Source: Tubiluchus corallicola
Taxonomy: Eukaryota; Animalia; Priapulida
Assembly (NCBI GenBank): GCA_030141605.1
Contig: JAQGDQ010000056.1
Span: 372,001 to 436,000, forward strand
Reading direction: 5' to 3'
DNA: 64,000 bases
The notes below the pieces were generated by a model. That model had not been told where the DNA came from, searched no databases, and saw only the letters and a program-made list of their open reading frames with translations. Of the stretch, positions 51,254-64,000 are shown piece by piece (position 1 is the stretch's first letter; each line of letters begins with the position of its first letter). The translations under genes and the position numbers were made by a program.

Positions 51254-52324
51254 CTGTTTTCCTTTAAGGTTTATATGGTTAAATTTCTTTCACTGTGTTG
51301 ACAAAATTTTTCACTAAATTCACTTGAATTTTGAACTGTAAGTTTTACATTAAATAGTTGGAAATCAGAATGAGGTTACTTATGTTCATCATCGCAATTC
51401 AGTGAAACTTTAATTTTAGTTGTTAAAGTGAGAATTGAGGTGCCACATACATAAACAAAAAATACTACATCAGGAAATTTTTTGCAGTATCGGATCGTAT
51501 TGAATTGATGACCAAAGTTAAATATTGCTATCGGAGCGGGTCGGACAGGAAAAAAACGAACATCAAACAACAATAATTAAAAACTTCTCGTTAATTATTT
51601 GTGTTATTGAACCAGCTTTCTTTCACGTGTTGCTCATTTTCATCTGAGGTCTAAAATATATATTTCATTATCTGTACGATTTGTCAAAATGTTTCTTATG
51701 TTTAAGTGACAGCTTAGGAACTTAACTAATGGTCTACAAGCACAGACAATGATTGAATCACCATTGGGTACAGGTTTCCCTTGTGTGCCATTGAGTCTAT
51801 TGGCACATAAAATTATCTTGACGTTTTGATTGTGTTGTGTAGTTATCCATCTGTGATAATCCATTGCAATGCCTGTTTTTTCGGAATGCATATTGGAGAA
51901 ACTAGTGTTGTTGCTTGTCTAGATAAGAATGTTTCTGAGCATATAATATTGGAAAACTAACAGAGTTACGATTTCAATGTGGTAATTCTTCAACATAAAT
52001 CATGTTGAAAACAATATTTGTGCCTAGAAGATAATGTAGAGTCTAGGTCAGTTTGAGCTGCCTTCTAAAATTAGCTATTTTTTCCTTCACTTATGTAATA
52101 GCACTAGTAGTAGTGAAGATAAAAAACGTTTCGTTTCTGAATAAGATTTTTAACACATTACAATGTTGTTCTCAGTTTGCTATAGCTTTTGTCAGCATGA
52201 GTGTTGTAAACAAGGTATATTGTGTTTTTTTGTCCTAGTGTAATTACATCAAAAGTGCCAGTAAATTATTGTGCGTTTTTTATTTTACAGTTTCTTATCA
52301 CTTGCCAAAGAACAAAGCTGATGG

Positions 52325-52369
52325 ATGCTTAGTCTTATTACAAGTTATGGAGCTAACTTAACTGCACAG
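52325..52369 (+). CDS. Candidate upstream exon of DPP9 (exon 52291-52369) giving an N-terminal extension
   Basis: ttttacag|52291 and CAG|gtagga; ATG 52325 MLSLITSYGANLTAQ ends in phase 0, in frame with the acceptor at 55746 (ASTIVHHSSSTHPNAV-M). Confidence 0.4.
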
Positions 52370-52517
52370 GTAGGATTTTCTTTACCATTATGTCAAAGTA
52401 TTAAGTAAAAATAATTAAATTATAATCTTAATGATAAGGTTATTATTAATACTGACCGCGGTTAGTTAAATTTTGGTACCAAACTTGAAATTCAGGAAAT
52501 GTGAAAAAGTTGGATTA

Positions 52518-52585
52518 CAGCCAGGGATTTGAACCAGGATCCTTCTGCTTGCAAAGCAGATGGCTAAGACTAGTCTAGGCTACCG
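52518..52585 (-). pseudogene. tRNA-Ala(TGC)-like pseudogene or tRNA-SINE head
   Basis: Minus strand GTAGCCTAG...TCTGC-TTTGCAA-GCAGA...GGTTCAAATCC: anticodon arm and B box intact, acceptor stem and D arm degraded. Confidence 0.55.
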
Positions 52586-53260
52586 TATTCCCCACATCTT
52601 GGTGAAGTTTGGTACTAAAGTTTTTGTAATTATGGGTTTGTAACTTTGTACCATCATGACCATGTCAAATTTGCATAGTGTACACCATATAGTTTTATGA
52701 ATGGATGGCCGTATAGTATTTAGTGTAAGTTTACCACATGCATTTGTTATTACGAATATATATATATTATGTATATGTATGTGCACATATTGCTGTGTTT
52801 TCAAACTGAGTGCTTGGATTAACATAAAAGTAATATAATATATTAGTTTTATATTATAATAAATTTATATATTGCAAAAGCAGAATATATTAAAAAATCT
52901 AATATAAAACTTCATTCTTTGATTGACAGTTTAATAGCACATATCAGGTAATTATTTTCTGTACGCGCTTAGCTTTTAAGTTTGGATAAAAGAATTTGTT
53001 TTATTGCTGGTTAATATATTACATTAAAAGCATGACTTTTTGGTTTATTCGTAATGTACTGTTTTATCTTATCTGTTATTTAGTTTTTTATATATGCAAG
53101 CTTTTTTGCGTTTTTGTATTGCAATGGCATGTTAGAATTTTATGCAGTTGATGTTACAGCTGTAACTTACTTTTCCTTAACTGCAGTTTTGATCTAACAG
53201 CCAATTTTTTTTCGAAAGCCATTTCCTGTGTATGCTTAAGTTTCACTATGCGCGTTAGTA

Positions 53261-53438
53261 GTGTTTTAGTTTTAAAACATTTTACTTTATATTTCCATTC
53301 CTTGCTAGGAGATCCCAGATGAAGCGCATTATAACTTTGATATGAATTTGTGTTTTAGTTTTAAAACATTTTACTTTATATTTCCATTCCTTGCTAGGAG
53401 ATCCCAGATGAAGCGCATTATAACTTTGATATGAATTT
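53261..53438. repeat. 89-bp perfect tandem duplication
   Basis: Copies start at 53261 and 53350. Confidence 0.92.
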
Positions 53439-55793
53439 TCTTTTGTTTAATTGAAATTGTCAGACTTTATAGTTTCAAGGATGCGTTGTTTATTTGCTCC
53501 TATTTGTAGTCTTTGGTTGCTTTGCCGGCTTATCTAAGTTGGCTAACTCGTACTTAGTATAAGAGACTTAGAATGGACTTTGTCATGTTTTTGATTTGAT
53601 TGTTTGTCTAGTAAATATTGTGATGTGACTTTGCACCTTACATGAGAAACATAGTCTCTTGCACAGAGGCATATTAACATCAAGGTACTTATCTAGGTGC
53701 ACATTCTATGGGAAGTGCATTATGTGCATATGGTTTGAAAACAATTAAATATCGAAAACTATTACCAGTGAATTTAGATTGAACTGACTACTCTGTGTCA
53801 TTTTCCTTTACATTATTCTGAAAGTGAATCATTGAGCTGTGCTTTTGCTGTTAAACATTTTTCTGGATTTCTGGATTTTTTTGTTGTTGTTCATCTTTGA
53901 AGTTTTAGTCTTGCTGTACTCTTACCTTTTATCACAATGAATTGTTGCTTTCCACGAAAAAGCCAGGGCCGAAGCCCCTCGAAGGTATTTTTAAAATCTT
54001 TGCTGATTGTGATATATTTTGATAATATAGCAGTGTGAGCATCTTTGTAAAATTACAAGCAAAACTGCTTGAAATTGAAAATTAAGACTTGTATTAACTT
54101 AGTAAATTTACTTTTTTAGAAATTCATCATTTTTTATCCTAAAATTCAGGGATATATGAAAATTAATTGTGCTTTAAAGGCTAATCTTAATTAGATTAGT
54201 TCCGAAATGACTGGAAATTTTCTGTTTGATTCTGGCTGTTTGTGTGCATGCTTTTGTTTACGTATTTATATCTCTTGCATATCTTACTATTTTGCTTGTA
54301 TAATGCATTGTATTTATTAAAGTAACTGCAATTCACACTGCACATCCTACTTAAAAGTTTTGGCAGTTTGTGAGAGCTAAGTGTTATGATATTTTCCCCA
54401 ATGGGCTGATTATATGACAAATTGGCTTTACCAACTTATTCAAAAGTGCAGAATCAATATTTTGACAGTAGTTAAATGTACCTGTTGTTTATTTAGAAAT
54501 TTATTGAAAAAGTCATTTATAATTTTTACTTGAGTATACGCTGAGTATAGACTAATCCCTTTCATAAAATGCAGTAAATGATTAGCAAAAGTGCATAAAG
54601 TTAAAGGTCAAATTCTCCAGTTGTGATCAGACTAATTATCCCATAGACTACCCAATTTGCTGTAGTCTTCATATAAACAGCAGTGATTTTTTTCTTTCTT
54701 GGGACATGTGTTGAGATAAAAGTTCTTAGACAAATAAGGATGTTTGTTTTCTTGGTTGTGTTATTCGATATGTTATACTTCTGATATACTTTTAAATTAA
54801 TATTGTTATAATTAAAATTAGAGAAGATAAAATATTATGTTTCATCTGGAGTCTTCATCTTATTTAAGACACTGAATTTTAGAAACATATGCACTGTGTA
54901 GTGTTTTAGACAAGCCTTCAACACAGATCTACGTTCTTGTTCATTACAGGACCTTTAATTTTTCTGTACATGTGTTGTCTTGTGTAGATAACATAAAATC
55001 CTTTTTAAGTTATCATTGCTTGAAAACAAGGGTCCCTAAAAACAAAATAGGCTAGCTGGTCTATTGACTGACTCACAAGAACTTGTGACTTGCATTTTCA
55101 ATGTGACTTGTCACTTTGAGTGTAAATTCTTGTGTACCACTTTTCTGTCTTTAGTAATTACTCTTGAATTGAAATCCCTTTTTATTGGCATTAAAAGTGT
55201 TGATTCTATCCCAATTTGTTTGACTAGAAATTCCAATTTTTGAAGGTATTGATTTCTAGAATGGTGACGAAGTAACAGTGAGAACTATTGACAAAAAAAT
55301 CTTCATTTCTGATTAGGCAGCAGAGCTGTTTAGTTTTTTTTGTGTAACAAACTGGCAGTGTATTGTGTAGTAGTAAATAATCATTGCCACATTTCTTGTG
55401 AACAAGTAATCATTCAGGATGGAGTGCTTAAAATTTTTTGGTTTGTTTGTTTGTGTTCAGTTTTTGTGACATACGTTCATGGTCAACAGGATAGTGTAAT
55501 TTAAATTTAGATGAGTGAAAGATGCCATTCAGTTTTTACTTTAAAAAACATTTATTTTAAACTCTTAAACGGTAGGCCTAAATATTCAATTTTTGGTAAA
55601 TTGGATTGGTGGATGATGGTGCCCATTCCTACCCAAAAGTTCAAGTAATTTTTAGATGCCCATGCTGGTTTCTGTGACTTAGGCTCATTGCATTTTTCAC
55701 CTCTGCCACCTCTTTTTCAGCTTTTTGTTTTTGGTTGTTTTGTAGGCTAGTACCATCGTCCACCACTCCAGCAGTACCCATCCTAATGCAGTC

Positions 55794-58283
55794 ATGAGTG
55801 GAACTAGTGGGCCAGCAGTAAATACACTAGAACAAGGTCACCTGGTGAGAAGACGCTCATGGAATCAACTTCGTGATGCAGCCAAGGAGACTCGACGTCA
55901 GCAAACATCTGTTGCAAGTCGTGTGCCTAGCTCATTTGTTTTCCGCCGTGACCCATATGATGTTACAAAGATTAGGCTGTATTTCCTCGGCATGCATTCA
56001 AACAACCGAGAGAACAGCATTATGTATGTTGATGTACCGGAAAGTGACGGGAACACCTTTGTTCTTCCTTGGAAACCACTGTTAGATTCATTTCAAGCTA
56101 CTCCATTTATGGGCCAGTACTCGAAAGAGGAGCAACTGTTAAGAGAACGCAAACGCCTTGGGACCATTGGGATAACGATGTTTGATGTTGATTTGAATTT
56201 AGGAAAGTTTGTCTTTCCTGCTTGTAATAGTTTATTTTATTGTGCAGATAAGGATTTTGCACAGCAACCTATCTTTCCTACAAACATTAAAAGTTCTTGT
56301 ACTGGCGCCCGAATGGATCCAAAAATTTGTCCTGTTAATGGAGATCTTGTGGCATTTATACACAATAATGACATATGGGTTACTCATACTGCGTCTGGAT
56401 GTGAGAAACGACTCACATTTGTACATAAGGGTGGTGTGAGTTTACGGGACGATCCACTTTCTGCTGGAGTGCCGTCATTTGTAATGCAAGAAGAATTTGA
56501 CAGGTATACTGGCTACTGGTGGCAACCTGTTAACACTAAGTATGGCACATACAAACTTGTGTACGAGGAAGTAGATGAGAGTGACGTAGAGATTATAAGT
56601 ATTCAGTCAGCTGATGGACGAGGAGTTGATGAGTATCGGTACCCAAAGGCAGGTTCACCTAATGCTCGCTCTACTTTACGTGTTCTGGAGTTTTGTGTAG
56701 ACTCTAATGGTATTATAAAAGATGATGTAGAATATTACTCTTTAGCAGAACCGTTGAGCTGCCTGTTTCCTTGGCTAGAGTATGTAGTTCGTGTAGATTG
56801 GACACCTGATGGACAGCATGTATGGGCTCAATTACTGAATCGGCAACAAAACCGCATATCACTAATTTTGATACCACTAAATAGCTTTGTATCAGAGCAG
56901 ATTAGTGATAATCACCAGGATCCGATAGTTTATGTTTTATACGAGGAAACGAGTAATGTTTGGATCAACATGCATGACTTATTGTACTTTTTTGGACCTG
57001 TTGCAAATGATGAAGTGTCATTTTTGTGGGCTTCGGAAGAGTCTGGGTTTCGGCACTTATATCGAATTACATCAGAGTTACGGAAAAATGATGAATTCTC
57101 GACCATTTGTCGTGTTCCACGCTTTAATCTCGATGTGTCCGCAGACTCACCAATTTCGCCACAAGTCGTAGCCAAAGTTGCACTGACATCTGGCGAGTGG
57201 GAGGTCAACACGAAGCAGCTATGGGTTGACGAACTAAATAAGATCGTCTATTTTATCAGTTTAAAAGAAACTCCATTAGAAACTCACCTGTGTGCTGTTA
57301 GGTATGATTATCCAGGTGAGGTGTCACGGTTGACACAGTTAGGCTATTCACATTTTGTGCAAATGGACTCTGACTGCCAGTACTTTGTTACGTTGTACAG
57401 TAACATTACCACACCACCTGCAGCCGATATTTATCAGATAAGTGACCTGCGGGTGGTGCCTAAATTTGTTGCTAGATTAATGGAAGCACCTGCTATAGCT
57501 GATTATCACCCACCTAACCTTTTCAATTTTACAAGCAGCTGTGGTCAGGAATTCTATGGCATGATTTACATACCTCGGGGATCGTTGCCCGGTTGTAAAT
57601 ACCCAACTGTACAGTTTGTTTATGGTGGTCCGGAAGTGCAACTAGTCACAAACTCCTACAAAGGAGTGCGCTTTCTTCGCCTTCAAATGTTGGCTTCTCT
57701 AGGATACGTAGTGGTGGTCATTGACAACCGAGGCTCATCTCACCGCGGGCTTAACTTTGAGGGACACATCAGGTGGAAAATGGGTGTGGTGGAAATTGAA
57801 GACCAGGTCGAAGGCTTACAATGGCTAGCAGCAAATCTCGGTTATATAGATTTGTCTCGAATTGCAATACATGGCTGGTCATATGGCGGATATCTAAGTC
57901 TAATGGGTCTCGCTCAGCGACCTGATGTTTATAAATTAGCAATAGCTGGTGCTCCTGTTACTTGCTGGATGGCTTATGATACGGGCTACACTGAACGATA
58001 CATGGATACTCCACAAAATAATCCAGAGGGATATAAGTCTGGATCAGTTTTGGAATATGCTAATCGATTCCCTAGCACAGCTAACAAACTTTTGATTGTG
58101 CATGGCCTAATGGATGAAAATGTACACTTTCTGCATACTTGTATGTTAATTAATTCATTAATTCGTGCATGTAAGCCCTATTGCCTTCAAGTTTATCCCA
58201 ATGAGAGGCATGGAATTCGATATCCAGATGCCAGTGAGCATTATGAAACGTTGATTCTAAACTTTCTTCAACAAAATCTCTAG
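55794..58283 (+). CDS. DPP9: Dipeptidyl peptidase 8/9-family serine protease (S9B, cytosolic), 829 aa in one exon
   Basis: SKEEQLLRERKR, QEEFDRYTGYWW (double-Glu substrate motif), GWSYGG nucleophile, DENVHF Asp, ERHGIR His; no signal or TM anchor; splice acceptor at 55745. Confidence 0.96.
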   Translation: MSGTSGPAVNTLEQGHLVRRRSWNQLRDAAKETRRQQTSVASRVPSSFVFRRDPYDVTKIRLYFLGMHSNNRENSIMYVDVPESDGNTFVLPWKPLLDSFQATPFMGQYSKEEQLLRERKRLGTIGITMFDVDLNLGKFVFPACNSLFYCADKDFAQQPIFPTNIKSSCTGARMDPKICPVNGDLVAFIHNNDIWVTHTASGCEKRLTFVHKGGVSLRDDPLSAGVPSFVMQEEFDRYTGYWWQPVNTKYGTYKLVYEEVDESDVEIISIQSADGRGVDEYRYPKAGSPNARSTLRVLEFCVDSNGIIKDDVEYYSLAEPLSCLFPWLEYVVRVDWTPDGQHVWAQLLNRQQNRISLILIPLNSFVSEQISDNHQDPIVYVLYEETSNVWINMHDLLYFFGPVANDEVSFLWASEESGFRHLYRITSELRKNDEFSTICRVPRFNLDVSADSPISPQVVAKVALTSGEWEVNTKQLWVDELNKIVYFISLKETPLETHLCAVRYDYPGEVSRLTQLGYSHFVQMDSDCQYFVTLYSNITTPPAADIYQISDLRVVPKFVARLMEAPAIADYHPPNLFNFTSSCGQEFYGMIYIPRGSLPGCKYPTVQFVYGGPEVQLVTNSYKGVRFLRLQMLASLGYVVVVIDNRGSSHRGLNFEGHIRWKMGVVEIEDQVEGLQWLAANLGYIDLSRIAIHGWSYGGYLSLMGLAQRPDVYKLAIAGAPVTCWMAYDTGYTERYMDTPQNNPEGYKSGSVLEYANRFPSTANKLLIVHGLMDENVHFLHTCMLINSLIRACKPYCLQVYPNERHGIRYPDASEHYETLILNFLQQNL

Positions 58284-58690
58284 TGACTGTAGTATGAGTA
58301 CAATAATGTAATCATTGGTTACCAATTATTATTTCTGTATAATATATTTAATTTGTAGATTAAATTCTAAGTTAAAGTAATAAACTTCGTTTGACTAAGT
58401 ATGTGCAAATAGAGAAATTTTTCCAGAAAGTGAATTTTAAGTAATTATAAATTAAAAATGGCATCGCTTAGCAAATCATGCATAATTTGAGTGTTATTTG
58501 TTTTCGATTTTGTACTTTTTTCTGCATGCATGTACTCATTACTGAGCCATTTTAGTCTTAGCCAACTTTCACACGGTCTTGCACTGAAACGAACTTCGAC
58601 CGACTTTCTGCTCGCTGGGGCAGGGTGCGTACTAAATATGGTGAAAAAACACAGGGTTCTCTGTGCATATTAATTAGTAGCCAACTTTAA

Positions 58691-59241
58691 AGGAAAGGCA
58701 ACACTTTCTGGGCAGTTAGCGTTATTTAAATGTTTGTGAAAAATGTTAAGATTTAGGAATAAAAGTGTGACAAGTGTTTTATGTAGTTAGTAAAATCACT
58801 AAAGTTACGATCATTTCACGCTTGGGCGTTCCCATTTTGAGCACCCTTTCTTTGGCCATTTGTCATTCGTGGACTGAAGAAAAGCAGTACACTGTCAATT
58901 TTCGTCCAAACTTTAGTAAGTTTTCACATACAGTTAGATAGCTAATTTTGCGATATTTCTGCATGAGCATTGGGCAAGCTGCAGACGTTTGAATTAGTTT
59001 TAGCAGTGCGCGCTTACGGAAAGCTATGATGCGCTTACGAAAAATCACAAAGTCTACCAGTTACATCATAATTTTTTAGTGAATGGCTGATACTACCGCG
59101 CCTGAAAATTTCTATACAGCAGTAGTATAAATTGACCTTATGTTTCATAGAGTTTTTTGCAAATTTTCGTGTTGTATTTTTCTAAGTTTATGTGACGACA
59201 GCAACATAAACCCAATATGCTAATTAACTTGTCATTTCCTT
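58691..59241. mobile_element. Possible Kolobok-like non-autonomous element
   Basis: TTAA|AGGAAAGGCAA ... TTGTCATTTCCTT|TTAA: short imperfect TIR with TTAA flanks. Confidence 0.45.
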
Positions 59242-62200
59242 TTAAGTACTTACGTGGCCGCCAAAAACTGCGCAAGGGACTGTTGAGGGTGATATTTCTG
59301 GAACGCTTTATTTATGAGCGTATTTTATTAGTTTGCTGCACATTATCTGACAATTTTTTCAAGTGGTCACCTTGGGTCAAAAGGGGCCAATTTCTGATTA
59401 TTCTAGCATCTGGATTTTTAAATATGTGAGCTATGTTATTATTATATGTATTAATACTATAATCAATTTATCAATTTATAATCAATTTCTTATTAAAAAT
59501 GTAAGGTATATACAGCATGTGTACAACACGCACCGATAATGGATACATAAAAATCTCATTACATAGCTTCACAACAATCCTAGTATTTAACCTATTGTAA
59601 AATTCACATTGCACTAAGCATTGTATGTTTTGTCTGAATTGATGGCCTTTGGGAACCCTTTCCATAATGCCCTAACAGTATGACTCTCAGCTTTTGAGAA
59701 TATGAATATCAGTATTAGTTGGTGTCTCATTTCAGCGGACCCTTAATAGTTAGCTAGATTCTAGTCTTGCTACATTCCACGACATTAGTAAGTCCCACAT
59801 TATACTGGGCATGAGCTTTTAAGGCATATGGATTAACAGCAGCACGAGCAGCAGTCGCAGCCACAATGATATCAAAATGACCACACAGCAACAGGGATAC
59901 AACTAATAACAATTTGTTAATTTAACAACACTACCAATCAACCAAAACAATAGCCACTTGTCTATACCTTCAGAGACAATTAGCAACAGCAGTAACGATC
60001 TCAACGACGTCACCAAGTATAAGAACTGCAACTGCCTGCAAATGGGAAAGTAAGAGATCTGCTGGTCACGTATAATTTTGGTCATATTGCTGTTAATGTC
60101 AATGACTTATTTTCTTAATTGTGTAAACGCACTCCTAAAATTAGACATGGGTAACTTGACTGCTAGGTAAATTACAGATAATGTTCCTAGGGGTGCGCTA
60201 CGTGTCTCTGGATGAACATGATGATGATTATTGATTGTCTGGTTTTATTATCATCATTAGTATCAGCATCTTAGCCTAACTTAGTGTGACGGCTGTGATC
60301 ACTTTACAGTGTTTCATTAGGATTTAGATCACGTGAGAGACTGGTATTGCTTTTGTGTGTTCTTGGGTTTGCTTTCCTTAAGTCAACACATTGATGGCAG
60401 ACTTTCTTGAAATTAGACGCTGCAGGCTGAATGATGCTGGGAAAACAAGCCGGCTGGCTTCTGGCAGGGCAAAATAAAGAGGTGGCTTTTCAATGAATCT
60501 TTGAAGTGTGATGAAGATTAAAGCAGCTACTAACTACATGTAGTAGATTTTGCACAGTTATTGACGCACTTAGGGTTTTATACTTTTTGTTACCTGAAGT
60601 TTTGCATAGCACACCTATCAGACAAGTTGCTGAACAAGAATACCTGAGTAATTCTTGTGTAACTATAGATGGTCTTTTTATTCTTATGGGAAAGATGTAC
60701 CCTTACGTGTATTTGGCGTTTTTCTGACCTTTCTCAGGATGTCTAGAAAACAAATTACTGTAGTGTCACTAACTTTTTGACAGGGTAGCGTTTTTAGCGT
60801 GCGATATAGAGTATATGCCTATATTTCTGATGTCAAGACTCAAAATAACGCAAGTCCAAGACCACAAATTGTCTAAAAATATCTACATAAAACGTATGAA
60901 CTTTGTGCAGTCCAGTAGTAACATAGTAGCATCGAAAAGGAACAGAATAAGATGCGTGATGTTAAATGTACAGAATAAATAAAATTTGAAATTCCTCAGC
61001 TTCCGTTTTCGTTTGCTAATAGAGCACTCAAACTTTCGGTAAACTACTAAACTTCTAGTAACTTAAGCCTTCATAGATTTATCTGCAGTTTCCAGCTTTA
61101 TTTATTTTACGTAATCCGACTAAATCTGGGGATATTGTTTCAGCAGACCTAATTAATTCGAATCTAAGCTAAAATCGATATTAATTTCAAAGCCGCTTGA
61201 TTTTTCTTTTATTGTGATTATTGAACGAATTTATTCAGGTAATACGTGCGTGGGAGTGCATTAAAATGGGGAAGCATTATAGCTAACTTTTAAATATCCG
61301 GTCGTGCAGATATTACTATTTAGCAAATCGCCAGCAGAGAAGCCAGGAAGGAAGCAACCTTATAACCTCGTTGTTTCCTGCTGGTCTTCATTTCTGAAGT
61401 GTACAAGAAAGTCTAGTTGAACCAGCGTGTTCGTCACGAGCGTGTCCACTACTAGTGACAAAGCCCTTTGTTTGTTTTTGATTTAGCACACCATCGCGAC
61501 CCTAATTCTGAGCGAGCTATAGGGAATTCTCAACGGGCTACATAATTCATAGCATGCATTTCCGTTATTAGTTTACTTGGGGCGCATTCAAATGCATTTG
61601 GATTAAGGGGTGACGGATACCACGAAAGACAAAGACAACTTTTATTTACTGTCGCTCGTTTAACAGCCAATATTACTATTAACGGCTATTTACTAGTATT
61701 TAACGACTTACACTGACAAAGATACAGTTAAGGAGCCAACACGTAAACAACGAAAAGCATGTAGGGTATTTCCCTGGTGTTTTCAGCCGCTAGGATTCGA
61801 ACTCAAGACTGAGAGGCTGCAGTACGAGACTGCGTGGTTGCGAAACGTGCAGTTCTTTGTTAAGCGAAAAACAAAGAAATAATTGCGTGATTTGTCATAT
61901 AGATTACCACTACCACCGGATAACCGTACGTGCCGAATCATCATGTATTGCGCGTGCGAATGCGTCTGTCCATGCTTTATAATGCGTTATGTGTGCCCTA
62001 GCAAGTGCACTATTTATCTACACGTAATGACGCGTAATTTTCTTCATTTAATTGTTTTTAGCCGGTCGTTGCCTCTGTGTATTCAGTTGTGATTTCCCTT
62101 TGAACTTTCATGAGCGTTGTCTCATAATGACTTTATTACAATTTTCGCATCTGGATTAACAACAGTCTCAGTCTTCTTTGCTGAGGTTGAAAATTTGCTA

Positions 62201-64000
62201 TTATTGGCCCTGCTTATTTTTATAGAGATTTTTTTGTTTCTGTTGCTAAGGTAAATAATTTTTTCTTCAGATTTCTGAACTAAGATTCTAGGCGTATTGT
62301 GGGTATTTTATCTTTGTGGATTACGTCTTTGTGTCCAAGAGGCAATGTTAATTTTAATTTATGTACAGTTATTCGCAGTGTGCGGTGTCGAAAGATTCTC
62401 GGCAAACAGAGAACCGAAATCCGTCAATTTTGTGCTAGCGTCCATGTTTGGTTTACTAGTCTGTGGCAGATTGTGCCTCTTCTACGGAAATCTTTATTCT
62501 GACAAAGTTATTTCTTGGATAATTTTCAGAAGAACGCAAAGATAGCAAAAGCTCTTACAGTAATTATTGATTTTAATCGAAGGAATTTTGATGGGATTTT
62601 CGTAATCCTTTAAGAAACTGCCGGAGAAAAAGTTCAGTTGTCTTGATGTGTACTGATCTTTTTACTATACGATACCACAGTATTGAACATTAAAATACAA
62701 GCGTATATATTCATCAGAGAAAAAGTGCACAGATAAGCAGGGCTTAGGCTTTAGGCTTTATGTACTTTCGATGGTACCTCAAAAATGGTGTCTACATTTG
62801 CTGCTTTTTTCCGGAGTTTCACGGAACCATCAAGAATAAATTATGAGGATCATGAGGGATCAAGGTTCCCATACAATGCAGCCAAAAATACTTTTTATGT
62901 AGTTCTGTCTGATCTGAATCTGTCAGTAACTTTTGGCCAATGTATAGTTAGGCAATGAGAAAGCTGTGTTTCATTATGGAACTTAAACGTGTGCTGTATT
63001 GTTTCTGTGGCCGCCGACAATTTCCTTTGTGGATTGAATCACTTGTTGTAAATTTCAGAATTGAGTTGAATTCTTGTTCGTTAGATTGCCGCTAAGTGAG
63101 GAAAAGTTTTGAAACCTAGCCGGTTTACTGATTCAGTAGTTTCTTCCTTTATTAGCGCTCCAACTGCGCTGTGCAGTTTATAACTAATCTTGTCCTTCGG
63201 AAACAAACAGCAAACTCTCGTTTGAATACCAGAGGAATAGAAAGGAACAGACAACGGTAAATAGGTGGACGGTTTCTCTTTCTTTTTTCTAGTTTGTTTT
63301 TTTAATAGTGATTTTTTTTAAAATTCATTGTCACTATTCTTCCTATTAAGCATTAATTTGCGTTAGTTGTAAATAGATAGGACTTGAAATTGCTCCAACG
63401 AATTGCTGTGACATTAATAAGCTTTAACATTAGCTATGTTAGTAAGAACACCAGGCCGTAACCAGAGAGATAGTTAGTCATCATGCACGGGTACCACATG
63501 AACGAAAACTATTAAAAACACACTAGTCTACAAAGTAGTTGTGCTTGGAGATGCCACCAGGATACTTACCATTCTAGCCGCCCTCCAGTCGTCGCGCAGT
63601 GTGCATGCTCAGTTGGATTGAGAGTTATCATAGCTTATCAGCTGAACACTTATCAGTGGGAAGCCACGCGTCTGTAGTATCTGTGGTGTGAATTTGTGAA
63701 ACGCATTTCCCGTGGCTGCTGTGCTGCAGTTCGCGAAAGATTGTGAAGTCCTGCAAAACGTGTCACAATAGATATATTTTGTTTTGACAAATAACTGCAG
63801 TTCCGTTAACTTTAGAGGTGTCTTTGCTTCTGTTTGCTTGTGCACTTTATATAGCGTGAATATTTTCTTCGCTCACAGTGTAAAGAATTTAAACATTATT
63901 AAAGCCGGATCCGAGTTTCAAAATAGAAGTTACGAAAGCTGTTTGTAATTAAATGAGAAATTGCTCTTTGTACTTACTTTATGTTCTTGAAACTGCTAAT

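Noticed and set aside
24129-54610. Isolated TNAAGGTCA ERRE matches (~24129, ~48319, ~54602)
   Set aside because: A few hits are expected by chance in 64 kb of AT-rich DNA; no supporting context.
62785-62958. 57-aa + strand ORF MVSTFAAFFRSF...
   Set aside because: No recognisable motif or convincing splice partner within the window.
63563-63575. ATACTTACC, resembling the U1 snRNA 5' end
   Set aside because: The following sequence does not continue as U1 (no TGGC.. stem I); better read as a minus-strand donor site.

Overview
AT-rich genomic DNA from an invertebrate animal: spliceosomal introns, many DNA-transposon relics and no prokaryotic features. Four protein-coding genes can be assembled by hand. 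(1) A 9-exon estrogen-related receptor (ERR/NR3B) on + (CDS 1553-27487, 516 aa), with a canonical DNA-binding domain, a divergent ligand-binding domain and a probable alternative first exon at ~8927-8993. (2) A secreted Gly/Asn-rich repeat protein on + (38574-39506) with a TATA/Inr promoter and a non-coding first exon. (3) EMC6 on - (4 exons, 44292-40875), whose last intron carries U12 minor-spliceosome signals. (4) A DPP8/9-family dipeptidyl peptidase on +, encoded essentially by one 2.5-kb exon (55794-58283). Also present: tRNA-Gln(CTG), a 5 x 310-bp intronic tandem array, a Tc1/mariner relic, several TIR/MITE elements, a LINE RNase H relic, and 5S- and tRNA-derived fragments. The best leads are the ERR pocket lacking the conserved Glu/Arg pair, a composite DR1+DR5 nuclear-receptor element inside the ERR gene, the uncharacterised secreted Gly-rich protein, the U12 intron and the intron-less DPP9. 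All calls are by eye; no searches were run.
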